IMG/VR virus record: IMGVR_UViG_3300034072_002238
Location: 1 to 60,534 of that record
Strand: one strand, 5' to 3'
DNA from: a virus
Taxonomy: Duplodnaviria; Caudoviricetes
Length of the DNA stretch: 60,534 nt
The notes beneath the pieces were generated by a model that was not told the origin of the DNA, did not search any database, and was given only the letters and a program-made list of their open reading frames with translations. The position numbers and the translations under genes were made by a program. This document shows, one piece after another, positions 37,020 to 46,118 of this stretch. The stretch's first letter is position 1. Every line of letters starts with the position of its first letter.

Positions 37020-38564
37020 TTAGACGGCCATGCCGCTCGTGTTGCGTCTTCGGGGGATGGTCACGCGCCCGGCATGGGCCGTGAGCTGCGTGACAAGGTG
37101 GCGGCCCTGGGCCTTCTGCCGGAGCGCGTCGGCCGCGTGCTGGTGGCCGTTGTTGGCCGGCGCGTCCGACCAGACACCCATGTTGGTGTTCCACTTCTTC
37201 CGGTAATTATCGATGTGCAGCAGACCCTGGGCGCACTCCTGCTCGTCGAAGACATAGTTGACGAAGTCCTCGCGCAGCGCAGGAATGCCCACATTCCAGA
37301 GATCAAGCGTGCGATCGATGATGTGAATGTTGCCGAGGCCCAGACCTTCCAGCATTTCCTTGGGCGTCTCGATAATGAGCGCGCCCGGCCGGCGCTGGTC
37401 GCCGTCGTGCGGCAGGAAGTGGTGGCCGAAGATATACCCACGGCGCTGGAACTCGGCCATGATGAACGAGTATGGCTCGCAGCTGCATTCGAAGTAGCCG
37501 ATGAAGTGGTCCATCAGCCCGACGCGTTGGTGAAACCAGATCGCGATGTCGTCGTTGACGCCCAGATCCCAGAACGTGTTGACCGGTATCTCGGGCTTGT
37601 ACGGGACGCGCGTGATGCGCCCTTGCGATCGGGCCGCCGTCATCTGTTTGGCGAAGATCACGCCCTCGGTCGAGACCTTGAACGCCTCTTCGACTTCCGA
37701 CGGGTATTCCTGCCACATCTTTTCGTCTTCATCACCAAAGTCGGTGCGGCGCGTCTCGACATACCAGGCGCGCTTGCGCAGCGGAATCGGACGGCCGATC
37801 TTTCGCTCAAGCTCGTCGAAGTATTTGGTGTCCTTGGCGGAGATGGTCACGCCTTCCGGGTCGAGCTCATACTCGTCTGCATCCCACCAGGACGCGAAAT
37901 GGAGCCGGTACTGCAGGCGGTTGAGCTTCTTGCCTTGCTGGGCGTTGGCAAGCGCCTCCATCACCATCTTGAAGTAGGAGCCATCGCGCCCCTTGGCCGT
38001 GCTCTCGATGAAGATGACGCCCTGCGCTGCGGCGGCGAAGGCACCGGTGACGATCTTTTCTGCCTGCAGCGGGCGCTCAAAGCAGATGATGCCGAACTCC
38101 GACACGTGCAGCCAGTTCAGCGTGTCACCACGCGCGCTGATCGCGACCTGTATCGCCGAGCCGTTTGAAAAGCTCTTCTCGGTCACATTGTCGGTGATGA
38201 TCTTGCGCGCTTCCCTGATCCACGGCGGCAGCCGGTTATAGGCAAACTCGATCTTGTTGCGCATGATCTTGCTGGCCGTGTCTTCGTCCTGGGCAATGAT
38301 CGCGGCGCGCTGGTTCTCGTTGAAGAGGCAGGCGTCAAGGATCAGCAGCTGGATCAGCGTCGAGAACCCGCGCTGGCGAGCCTTTGGCACGATATTCCGG
38401 TGCCAGATACGGCTGAGCAGCTTCTCTTGCGCCTCGTTCGGCACGAACAGGACCGTTTTCCCGTTCTTGTCGAGGATGTAGTAGAGGTTCCGAATCCGCC
38501 ACTGGACGGACTTCATGTTCTCCTTGAGCTGTTCGACGGTCAGGCCCTGCAGATGCTCGTACAT
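37020..38564 (-). CDS. terL: terminase large subunit
   Basis: KARQRGFST Walker A; LHVSE Walker B; ESTA; WDLG..D and HAADA nuclease motifs. Confidence 0.93.
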   Translation of the reverse strand: MYEHLQGLTVEQLKENMKSVQWRIRNLYYILDKNGKTVLFVPNEAQEKLLSRIWHRNIVPKARQRGFSTLIQLLILDACLFNENQRAAIIAQDEDTASKIMRNKIEFAYNRLPPWIREARKIITDNVTEKSFSNGSAIQVAISARGDTLNWLHVSEFGIICFERPLQAEKIVTGAFAAAAQGVIFIESTAKGRDGSYFKMVMEALANAQQGKKLNRLQYRLHFASWWDADEYELDPEGVTISAKDTKYFDELERKIGRPIPLRKRAWYVETRRTDFGDEDEKMWQEYPSEVEEAFKVSTEGVIFAKQMTAARSQGRITRVPYKPEIPVNTFWDLGVNDDIAIWFHQRVGLMDHFIGYFECSCEPYSFIMAEFQRRGYIFGHHFLPHDGDQRRPGALIIETPKEMLEGLGLGNIHIIDRTLDLWNVGIPALREDFVNYVFDEQECAQGLLHIDNYRKKWNTNMGVWSDAPANNGHQHAADALRQKAQGRHLVTQLTAHAGRVTIPRRRNTSGMAV

Positions 38565-38568
38565 CAGG

Positions 38569-39681
38569 TCAGCCTTCGTCGACGATCAGGCCGCCGGCTT
38601 CTGGCGCGTCATCGGATGCGCCCTCGTCGTCTGCCACAGGCAACACGACCGAGCCGTTCAGCTTGTTCAGCCACTGGTCGAGATTGCTGCCCTCTTCGAC
38701 GTCGTGCTTGATATGCCGCACGTCTCGCCATTCCTTCGGGTTGCGGTTCTGCAGCCACCACATCGCGGCCTTGGTGTCCGGCGGCACGTGTTCGATAATC
38801 TCGACGCGATGCGCCTCGCCATCGACGAAGAACACCTTTTCGCTGTCGAACGAATAACCCGTGGCGCGCTTGAACAGGCTTTCGGCCACCTTTGCATCGG
38901 CCGCTTCCTTTCCGACCATCAGAGCCTCCCGGAACGCGGGATATTCCAGTTTCCACCGGTGGATGGTGCGAATGGAAACCTCAAACGCCTGAGCTATCTC
39001 CAGATCGGTTGCGCCAAGAGCGGCCAACTGTTCGGCGATCGTGACATTGCGATCGTCCCATGTCGTCGGCCGCCCACCGTAGTTCCGCAAATCGGGCCTG
39101 AATGCGTCGTGAAACTCGTGGTGTTCTTCCTTCCACCATTCGAGCTGCTCAGTGTCGACATGAAAGAAATCCGCGATCTCGTCTTCCGGCACCTTTGCCA
39201 GCACCATGCGCCTGGCCAGCCCGGCAAAGCTCTTCTCGTACTTCACCGGCTTCGGCTCGGTCTCCGCCACCACGCCACCCTTGGCAGCGGCCCGCGTCTT
39301 CCTCGGCGCCGCCTTGGCCTTGGTCTTGCCTGCCTTCCCACCACCAGCAGGTTTCGTCGATCGAGCACCAGGCTTGGCGTCCGCTGCTGCCGTGGAATTC
39401 GGCTTTAGGGGTGACAAAATCCCGGCGGCCTTGGCCTTCGCCGGGGCCGTTCCTTTCGGCTTTGCGGCCGTCGCCAGCGCAGCCCGGCCCTTGGCCGTGA
39501 TGACGACGCCGGGATAGCCACTAAGCCGCTTGTCCTTGAGCAGACCAGCCGCGATCAGCGGCGCGCATGCAGCTTTGGCTTGGGCTTCCCAGACGTCCTG
39601 CGGCCAGCCAAGGCGGCCGGTCTCGCCCTTGGCGCAGAGACGCAGGATTTCGCGCTGGGTCGCGGTCAGTGTGGCCGCCAT
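38569..39681 (-). CDS. terS: terminase small subunit with N-terminal extension
   Basis: GRPT..LGATD.EIA.AF.VS..TI.RW..SLFKRATG..PPDTKAA..WL.NR.P..WRD. Confidence 0.75.
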   Translation of the reverse strand: MAATLTATQREILRLCAKGETGRLGWPQDVWEAQAKAACAPLIAAGLLKDKRLSGYPGVVITAKGRAALATAAKPKGTAPAKAKAAGILSPLKPNSTAAADAKPGARSTKPAGGGKAGKTKAKAAPRKTRAAAKGGVVAETEPKPVKYEKSFAGLARRMVLAKVPEDEIADFFHVDTEQLEWWKEEHHEFHDAFRPDLRNYGGRPTTWDDRNVTIAEQLAALGATDLEIAQAFEVSIRTIHRWKLEYPAFREALMVGKEAADAKVAESLFKRATGYSFDSEKVFFVDGEAHRVEIIEHVPPDTKAAMWWLQNRNPKEWRDVRHIKHDVEEGSNLDQWLNKLNGSVVLPVADDEGASDDAPEAGGLIVDEG

Positions 39682-40349
39682 CAGTGCCTCCTTGTCCGCT
39701 GGCTGTTCAGCAGATCATGCAGTTCGGCACGTCCTCGGCCCCGCCCTTCCAGGGCCTGCAGCAGGTGACCACCAGAGGCATACGGCGCTGCGTCTAGCGC
39801 ATGCTCGCTCACTCGCTGCCCAGCGTCGGGTTGCAGGATCTCGGCGACCATGTCTGGCGGCCCGGTTTCCGGGTCGCGCGCAACGTCATACTCAAGGGAA
39901 GAGTTATTATATTCTGGTACTGGTACTGGTACTGGTATTGATGATCGTTCGGTGATCGGGCGATAGCTGGCGCCATTGATTGCGTTGGTCTTTTCCGGTT
40001 TTTTACGCTTCTTTTCCTCGCGAATTTTCACGGAATTTGCGCATTTTTTGGAGATTTTTATCGAATTTTCGATTTCTGTCTCGCAGCGGTGATTGCTGAT
40101 TTTACCGGCTGGGGTGATGTAGATCTTGCGCAGTTCGATAAGTTGCGAGATCAACTTGCGGGCCTTCCCGACCGTGCTATTCAACTCGCCGGCTAGCCAC
40201 CTTTCGTTGAATTCTATCGGGCCACCCTCGTCGTAGATCAGGTCGAGGATGGTCGAATAGGCGCCGCGCTGCTCCAGATCGAGTCGCCGGTAGCCCTGCA
40301 GCGCGTCCTGATGATAGCGGCGGTGATATGGCATGGTGCGACGGCTCAT
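39681..40349 (-). CDS. DUF1376/YdaU-like replication initiator
   Basis: PYHRRY..D.L.G..L.LEQRGAY..ILDLIY; PVPVP linker. Confidence 0.75.
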   Translation of the reverse strand: MSRRTMPYHRRYHQDALQGYRRLDLEQRGAYSTILDLIYDEGGPIEFNERWLAGELNSTVGKARKLISQLIELRKIYITPAGKISNHRCETEIENSIKISKKCANSVKIREEKKRKKPEKTNAINGASYRPITERSSIPVPVPVPEYNNSSLEYDVARDPETGPPDMVAEILQPDAGQRVSEHALDAAPYASGGHLLQALEGRGRGRAELHDLLNSQRTRRH

Positions 40350-40855
40350 CGTCCCCCCCGCGTTGCTTGTCGAGGCTGGTAGGCCAGCCTGGCGTGATAC
40401 GGGCAGAAGCTCTCTAACCGTGCGGTTCCGTTGCCACAGAACAGCGCCGAGCCATGTCCGTTTGTCACCGGCCAATGGCACTCATTGGCCTCCAGTTCGT
40501 GCAGCTTGATTGACCGGAAGGACGGCGAACCGCTCTCGGCTGGAATGTCGGGCGGAACCGTGTTCGCTCCGTGCTGAGCCGATGAAGTATCAACGGGCGA
40601 AAGGACGGCAGTCTGGTGGCGGAACCTGCTTGGCGCTGGCACCTGTGCAGGCGGTGCTGGTTCCGCCCGTGTCGGGCGCAGGGATTGTTCCTTGCGCCGT
40701 GGAACTTTCCCGGCGGCCTGTAGCCGATTTATTTTTCCTGTGACGGCATTGCGAGACACGCCGCCCAAAGCCGTGGCGATCTCGCTGGCGCTGCGACCTT
40801 CGCCCCACAACGCAATGGCCTGGTTGAGCCGCTCTTCGGACCAGTAATTATCCAT
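40346..40855 (-). CDS. gcrA: GcrA-family cell-cycle regulator homolog
   Basis: WSEERL..LW.EG.SASEIA..LGGVSRNAV.GK..RL; C.WP..FCG..C.YH..AY. Confidence 0.9.
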   Translation of the reverse strand: MDNYWSEERLNQAIALWGEGRSASEIATALGGVSRNAVTGKINRLQAAGKVPRRKEQSLRPTRAEPAPPAQVPAPSRFRHQTAVLSPVDTSSAQHGANTVPPDIPAESGSPSFRSIKLHELEANECHWPVTNGHGSALFCGNGTARLESFCPYHARLAYQPRQATRGGR

Positions 40856-41120
40856 CGACGTCACTCCGTCTGGCCCCGCGACGAGACGGCGCCGAAACGT
40901 CTCGCCAATCGATCCCGCTTTCCTCGATCGACATGCAGTGCGCATCGGGACCATCCAGTGAACGGGGGACATGGACCGGGACGTCAACCAGCGAAGCCGC
41001 GTTGATGTGCATGATGGCGGCGCGGCCGTTCCGGGTGACGGAGTTCAGCAGCAGCGCGTCAAGACGCGTCAGCACCGCCGCTCCCGCTAGGACGGCAACC
41101 GTTGGTGAAACAACACTCAT
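40848..41120 (-). CDS. hypothetical protein
   Basis: GGAGG SD; coupled. Confidence 0.5.
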   Translation of the reverse strand: MSVVSPTVAVLAGAAVLTRLDALLLNSVTRNGRAAIMHINAASLVDVPVHVPRSLDGPDAHCMSIEESGIDWRDVSAPSRRGARRSDVDG

Positions 41121-41134
41121 GACTGGGCCTCCCG

Positions 41135-41404
41135 TCAGTTGGCGTCGGGAGGGCTCTCGATCATGCCCAGCGCGTGGAGATAGGTGTCGAGTACAAGATC
41201 CTCTTCCATGCGCTCCTGATCATCCTTCTTGCGCAGCGCAATGACCCGCTTGAGGATGACAGTGTCGAAGCCCATGGATTTAGCCTCGCCATAGACGTCC
41301 TTGATATCGTCGGCGATGGTCTTCTTTTCCTCTTCGAGGCGCTCGATGCGCTCGACGAAGGCGCGAAGCTGGTCGCGCGCCACGCCATGTGCAGCGTCAG
41401 TCAT
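41135..41404 (-). CDS. gapR: GapR (DUF2312) nucleoid-associated protein homolog
   Basis: [45 protein letters not shown]. Confidence 0.92.
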   Translation of the reverse strand: MTDAAHGVARDQLRAFVERIERLEEEKKTIADDIKDVYGEAKSMGFDTVILKRVIALRKKDDQERMEEDLVLDTYLHALGMIESPPDAN

Positions 41405-41828
41405 ATTCGTATTCCTTCTGTTGCTTGATTGGCCGGCTCGGCTTCTTCCGCGCCCGGCGTCGATGTCGAGCCAAGGCTGACGAAGCCTCACGCTCGGAGA
41501 GAATTTTTAGCTTTCCGCCCATGCGGACCATCGGTGGCCTGATGGTTATGACGGTTCCATCGCGATCGAGAACGGCCCAGAACTGGCGCGTGCCGACGTT
41601 GGGAAGAGCGAGCGATGCTGCGGTACTGACCGCTCCGCACCAGATCAAATGCCGGACCTGCAGCAGGGTGAGACCCGAGGCGAGGCAATGCGCGTGGGCG
41701 CTTTCGCGTTCATCGTCATAGACCTGGTCGATTTTCACCCTCAGGACATGTTGGCAGTACCTGACAACAGCGTGGTAGGTGACGCAGCGGTGTGAGAGCT
41801 TGCGGCGACTAACTGGGGCCGGGCTCAT
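41397..41828 (-). CDS. hypothetical protein
   Basis: VT.HAV.RY motif; coupled. Confidence 0.5.
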   Translation of the reverse strand: MSPAPVSRRKLSHRCVTYHAVVRYCQHVLRVKIDQVYDDERESAHAHCLASGLTLLQVRHLIWCGAVSTAASLALPNVGTRQFWAVLDRDGTVITIRPPMVRMGGKLKILSEREASSALARHRRRARKKPSRPIKQQKEYEYD

Positions 41829-42090
41829 GCGCCCCTCCAATTATCTTGATCCGATCCGCGGCCTGGACCAGCACGCGCAGTTCGTGGCGCTTGCGGTCAA
41901 CTTCGGCCTGAGGCCACCTGCCCGTTGACCCGTGCGTCTCGATCCACCACGACTTGGCGTCGGACTGCTTGCGCAAGCCTTCGACAATCTCGGCGTCTGT
42001 CAGTGGCTCGGCGCGGGCGCTTTCACGCGCGGCGCGGATCTTCCGCTGTTCCGCCTGATAGGCGATATCGGACACGCTCTGAACCATCAC
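41809..42090 (-). CDS. hypothetical protein
   Basis: Coupled within cro operon. Confidence 0.55.
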   Translation of the reverse strand: MMVQSVSDIAYQAEQRKIRAARESARAEPLTDAEIVEGLRKQSDAKSWWIETHGSTGRWPQAEVDRKRHELRVLVQAADRIKIIGGAHEPGPS

Positions 42091-42785
42091 GCGCTCCGGA
42101 TTTCGAGGGCGTCGCGCTCGCGGCGCAGGCGCGCGATTTCCTCATCGAGCAGGCGGGCGCGCTCGCCAGTCGCGGCCCGCGCTACCCAGCCCGGGGGACG
42201 CTCAAGACACGATTCGAGCAGTTCGGGGCCGAACGTCGCAATGAGCGTGGAGAAGTGCTCGACGGATGGCTGTGATCGCCGCAAGAGCCAGTTCTCGACC
42301 GTGGCGGCAGCAATCCCGGTTCTGGCCTCGATATGGTGGCTCGTCGACTGCGGGAAGGTCTTGCGGAGCCAGTCGGCCAAGCCAACTGGGTCAAACTTCG
42401 CGCGACGCTTCCCGCAAGTCTGCGGTGCGGCAGGTGCAGACCCCCGCCAAGCCCCCGTGTTTTGTTGTTCGTACAGGGGCTCTTCCTCGGCGAGACCGTA
42501 GCGGACGGTGCTGATCCCTTGGGACAGGGAACGCGAGGAATGGGTAGGCAAGGCAATCAGGTGCGCGTTGCGGACGGGTCGCACGATCATGGCTTGCCTC
42601 CCGATCCGCAGGAGAGCGGATGTTTTGAGGCGGTCGGAGATGTTGCGGAACAGATCCTTGATCGCCTCAGACGGGGAAGAACTGCAGCCGGCGGCTCGGG
42701 AGGAGCGTGTGGGCGCCGGCTGCTCGGTCAGCGTGGGGGAGGAGCGGCCGCCGACTTTTGGAAAGGAAAGGATTGATGCCGTCAT
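42087..42785 (-). CDS. CII-like HTH regulator (start uncertain)
   Basis: C-terminal RTGI.AATVENWL..SQPS..GP..L; follows cro. Confidence 0.55.
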   Translation of the reverse strand: MTASILSFPKVGGRSSPTLTEQPAPTRSSRAAGCSSSPSEAIKDLFRNISDRLKTSALLRIGRQAMIVRPVRNAHLIALPTHSSRSLSQGISTVRYGLAEEEPLYEQQNTGAWRGSAPAAPQTCGKRRAKFDPVGLADWLRKTFPQSTSHHIEARTGIAAATVENWLLRRSQPSVEHFSTLIATFGPELLESCLERPPGWVARAATGERARLLDEEIARLRRERDALEIRSA

Positions 42786-43024
42786 TGACCCGCAGCCCTC
42801 TTGAGTTCAGAGACCGCGAAAAACTGCGGAGCGAGTTCGGCACGGGGGATGCCGGTGACCTTCTCGATATCCAACACCCGCTCAAGCGGGACGCCTTCGG
42901 TCTCCCAGCGGTGGATGCTGCTCTTGGCAAAAGGCGGGTTGAACATCGCGCCCAGATCCTCCTGGCGGAGGTTCCTGGCGAGGCGATACGCCTTGATAGG
43001 GCTGATTTTCAAATCGGTGCTCAT
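42782..43024 (-). CDS. cro: Cro-like HTH protein
   Basis: LRQEDLG..KSSIHRWE..VP.ERV..IE..TGIPR.EL.P; divergent from cI. Confidence 0.8.
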   Translation of the reverse strand: MSTDLKISPIKAYRLARNLRQEDLGAMFNPPFAKSSIHRWETEGVPLERVLDIEKVTGIPRAELAPQFFAVSELKRAAGQ

Positions 43025-43031
43025 GGCGCCA

Positions 43032-43060
43032 ATGGTTGCGTTAAACGAAACCAGTGTCAA
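43032..43060 (-). promoter_or_regulatory. cro promoter with operator
   Basis: TTGACA-CT-GGTTTCGTTTAACGCAACC-AT (minus strand). Confidence 0.75.
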
Positions 43061-43120
43061 GGCTCTAGGTTCGTTCTCACGACGGCGCGAAGAATCGGGG
43101 CAACTGGTAAAAGTTTCGTC

Positions 43121-43495
43121 ATGACGAACAAGCCCGACCACGACCACGGCAAGCGCCGCCACTTCATCCCGGAATGGGCAGAGCTGCGCGGTAAAAAGCA
43201 GGCCGACATCGTCCGCGATCTCGATATTCCGAAGAGCGTGGTGTTCCGGTGGTTCTCAGAAGGTGTGATACCCACTGAGAAGTATCTTCTGCCGCTCGCA
43301 GAGTACCTGATGGTCGATGATGTCATCAGCCTGTTCCGCCATCCCGATGACGACTGGCTTGCGCAGATGTTCAGGGATAAGACCGATGAGCAGCGCGAAA
43401 AGGCTGTCGCTATGCTCAAGCTGTTTTTCGAAAGTATCGGCTCAGAAGGAAAGGCAGATGCATTGGAAGCCATAAAGGCCTCCCGCAAGCGCTGA
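43121..43495 (+). CDS. CI-like XRE repressor lacking S24 peptidase domain
   Basis: FI.EWAELRGKKQADI..L..KS.V.RW..P..L..LA; 124 aa. Confidence 0.8.
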   Translation: MTNKPDHDHGKRRHFIPEWAELRGKKQADIVRDLDIPKSVVFRWFSEGVIPTEKYLLPLAEYLMVDDVISLFRHPDDDWLAQMFRDKTDEQREKAVAMLKLFFESIGSEGKADALEAIKASRKR

Positions 43496-43601
43496 CGTTT
43501 GCGGCGCCCAATGCGTGGCCAACACGCCTCGACAGCCCTCTCCCTGCCGAAACCGACATTCTTCGTTTGACGAGACAGCCAAATCGCGTCTGATTGCATT
43601 C

Positions 43602-43656
43602 GGTTCTGTTTCACGCAACTTTGTCGCTTGACTTAGGTTCCGTTTAGCGCAACTAT
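43602..43656 (+). promoter_or_regulatory. Rightward early promoter with two operators
   Basis: GGTTCTGTTTCACGCAACT (43602-43620); TTGACT-TA-GGTTCCGTTTAGCGCAACT (43628-43654). Confidence 0.7.
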
Positions 43657-43696
43657 GGTCTCCAGCATCGGGCAACCGATCAACCGGAGCCACCCC

Positions 43697-43825
43697 ATGA
43701 AAATGTCACTCGCAATCGCGAGCGCCTTTGCGCTCGTGCTCATTTTTGCGCCCTCCGACAAGGCCTTGGACCGCTGCATGGAGCTGCACAGCTTCGACAC
43801 GTGCCACTTCGCCTTGAACCGCTGA
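43697..43825 (+). CDS. 42-aa exported/membrane peptide (not in ORF track)
   Basis: MKMSLAIASAFALVLIFAPSDKALDRCMELHSFDTCHFALNR; GGAG SD. Confidence 0.6.
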   Translation: MKMSLAIASAFALVLIFAPSDKALDRCMELHSFDTCHFALNR

Positions 43826-43836
43826 GAGGCTGCGCC

Positions 43837-44214
43837 ATGATCAAGTGGACCTGCGTCTATTGCGGCTCGGTTGAGCAGCTTCATTTCTTGCCCGATCGCT
43901 GCTCGTCGTGTGGTGGCCCAATGGAAACGCAAGACGGTCGGTCGACTGCATCGGGTTTCTGCGAAGATGTGACCAACCTCTACGCACAGCGGGGCGAGCT
44001 TGCGGAACAGCTGCGCCTCGAAAACTGGGCGAAGGAGGCAATCGCCGACTTTGATGCCGAGTTGGCAGCTGCCTCGGACGAGCCGGCTGCAGTAATCCGG
44101 TTGTGGCAGCGTGGCGGTGTGCTTACCCCGGCGCAGCGCGAGATCATTGACGACGCGCTGGCCAGCAATCGTTTTGAGATGCTGATGGGCGTCTATGGTC
44201 AGGCGGCCGCCTGA
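43837..44214 (+). CDS. hypothetical Zn-ribbon protein
   Basis: CxxC..CxxC N-terminus; GAGG SD. Confidence 0.55.
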   Translation: MIKWTCVYCGSVEQLHFLPDRCSSCGGPMETQDGRSTASGFCEDVTNLYAQRGELAEQLRLENWAKEAIADFDAELAAASDEPAAVIRLWQRGGVLTPAQREIIDDALASNRFEMLMGVYGQAAA

Positions 44215-44765
44215 TGTCAAAGACCTCCAAAAAGTTCAAAAGACGCGCACACGACGAATACATCACGCCGATTGAAGCCACGTTGCCGCTGCGGCCGTTT
44301 CTGCGCGAGATACGTACTTTCGCTGAGCCATGCTGCAATCAACGACAGCTTGTTGGGCACCTGGAGCCTGTCGGACCCATTTGCATCCACAGTGACGACA
44401 TCCAGCACGGGACAGACGCGCTCGTCGACCCGATCCTTGCTCAGTTGATTGTCGATGCGATCATCACGAACCCGCCCTACACCTGGTCGGTGCTCAAGGC
44501 GATGCTGGTCCTCTTCCCCAAGATCGCGCCGACATGGCTCCTGCTGGAAGCTGACTTCAAGTATCGCGCTCAATCCGCGCCATTCATGCGCTTCTGTTCC
44601 GACGTCGTTCCGATAGGGCAGATCCGCTGGTTTCCCGGCACCAAGCACAAGAGCTTCAAGCACTATGCCTGGTACCGTTTCGATGCGCGTCACAACGGCG
44701 CGACCATTTTCCACCCCCGCCAATCCGAACCTGCCGCATCTCGCGCCCTGCCCGAGGCGGCTTAA
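44214..44765 (+). CDS. small amino-methyltransferase (NPPY)
   Basis: D.Y.TP..EPC..DI..D..IITNPPY. Confidence 0.75.
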   Translation: MSKTSKKFKRRAHDEYITPIEATLPLRPFLREIRTFAEPCCNQRQLVGHLEPVGPICIHSDDIQHGTDALVDPILAQLIVDAIITNPPYTWSVLKAMLVLFPKIAPTWLLLEADFKYRAQSAPFMRFCSDVVPIGQIRWFPGTKHKSFKHYAWYRFDARHNGATIFHPRQSEPAASRALPEAA

Positions 44766-44786
44766 CCACGCACAAGGAGAAATGAC

Positions 44787-45206
44787 GTGCTCGACATCCC
44801 TAACAAAAAGAAGCCGAACCCGATCGACGTCCATATCGGCGCGCGCATTCGGTTCCGCCGCAACATGATCGGCATGAGCCAGGAGAAGCTGGGTGAGGCC
44901 CTCGGCATCACTTTTCAGCAAATTCAGAAATACGAGAAGGGCAGTAACCGCGTCGGCGGTAGCCGCATGCAGCACATTGCTGACACGCTGGGCGTCCCGG
45001 TGAGCTTCTTCTTTGAGGACGCCCCGGCGGTCAGCAGAGACGCGGCAGCGGCCGGCGCAAGTGAGCCCAGCCTCACGGAGCTGGCGGCCTATCCCGACAT
45101 GCTCCGCATGATGCGCATGTTCTCGAAAATCGGCGACGGCCATGCGCGAAAGAAGCTGCTCGGCATCGTCGAGATCGTCGCCGGCGTGACGAACCCCATC
45201 GACTGA
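44787..45206 (+). CDS. XRE regulator of PraR/PhrR type
   Basis: PNPIDVHIGARIRFRRNMIGMSQEKLGEALGITFQQIQKYEKGSNRVG. Confidence 0.85.
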   Translation: MLDIPNKKKPNPIDVHIGARIRFRRNMIGMSQEKLGEALGITFQQIQKYEKGSNRVGGSRMQHIADTLGVPVSFFFEDAPAVSRDAAAAGASEPSLTELAAYPDMLRMMRMFSKIGDGHARKKLLGIVEIVAGVTNPID

Positions 45207-45236
45207 CCATCACCCCAACTTGAAAAGGACCAGCCC

Positions 45237-46118
45237 ATGAGACCCATGGCAATTCTAGCGCTCGCCTTGTCGGCGATTTTTGCAGGGATCGGCATCGCGC
45301 ACGCCGACACGATCAGGCTCTGCACCGGAAGCGAGACGGGCGTCTACTTCGCCGCGGGCAAGAAGATCCGCGAAATGGCTGGGGCGAGCGTCACGGTCGA
45401 CGTTGTCACGACCGAGGGCACGATCGACAACATGCGGCGCACGCTTGATCTGCCGAAAACGGACGGCGAAAGCTGCGACGCGTTCATCGGGCAGCCCGAC
45501 GGCCCGGCTTACCGGGCGGCAACCAATCGCGGCAGCATTGCCACCCTGCGGCCCGTGACCACGCTGCATCGCGAATACCTTCATGGGCTTTGCAACAAGG
45601 AATCGGGTGTCGACGACATCGGCGACCTGGAAAACGATCCGACCAAGTATTCCGTTGCGATCGGGCCAGTCGGCAGCGGCGCATGGTTGATCTGGCAGAA
45701 CTTCGTCCGCGAGGATGAAGATTACAAGGACGTGCCAACCACTCCCGAGGACGGCATCCTTGCCCTGACGGCAGTCTCCACCGGCCAGGCGACCTGCATG
45801 ATTGTCCCTGCCGGGCTGGGCAATGGCACGGTTGGCGAAGCGGATCAGACGTTCGGCGATACGATTGCGCTCGTCGGCGCCAACGACAAGGACTTCGACG
45901 ACGCGGCGGACATCTCAGGCAAGCCTCTCTACGAGTATGCGAAGATCCCCGGCTCGGCCTATCCGACGTCGTTCGACTATTGGAGCGACGTTAAAACGGT
46001 CAGTTGGATGGCGACCGTCTATCTCAACACGGAGAAGGTCTCCCGTCCGGCGCAGGCAGCATTCGCAACGGCGGCATCGCGCGCTGCGCCGTCGATCAAG
46101 GCGAGTTTCGGCAAATGA
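45237..46118 (+). CDS. TAXI-family periplasmic solute-binding-like protein
   Basis: Signal peptide; TGS..GVY..T.GT..N..QPD..LH.EY..G..GSG. Confidence 0.7.
   Translation: MRPMAILALALSAIFAGIGIAHADTIRLCTGSETGVYFAAGKKIREMAGASVTVDVVTTEGTIDNMRRTLDLPKTDGESCDAFIGQPDGPAYRAATNRGSIATLRPVTTLHREYLHGLCNKESGVDDIGDLENDPTKYSVAIGPVGSGAWLIWQNFVREDEDYKDVPTTPEDGILALTAVSTGQATCMIVPAGLGNGTVGEADQTFGDTIALVGANDKDFDDAADISGKPLYEYAKIPGSAYPTSFDYWSDVKTVSWMATVYLNTEKVSRPAQAAFATAASRAAPSIKASFGK

Noticed and set aside
42707..43162. Long overlapping N-terminal extensions of cI and cro in the ORF track
   Set aside because: They cross the promoter/operator region; true starts are better placed at 43121 (+) and 43024 (-)
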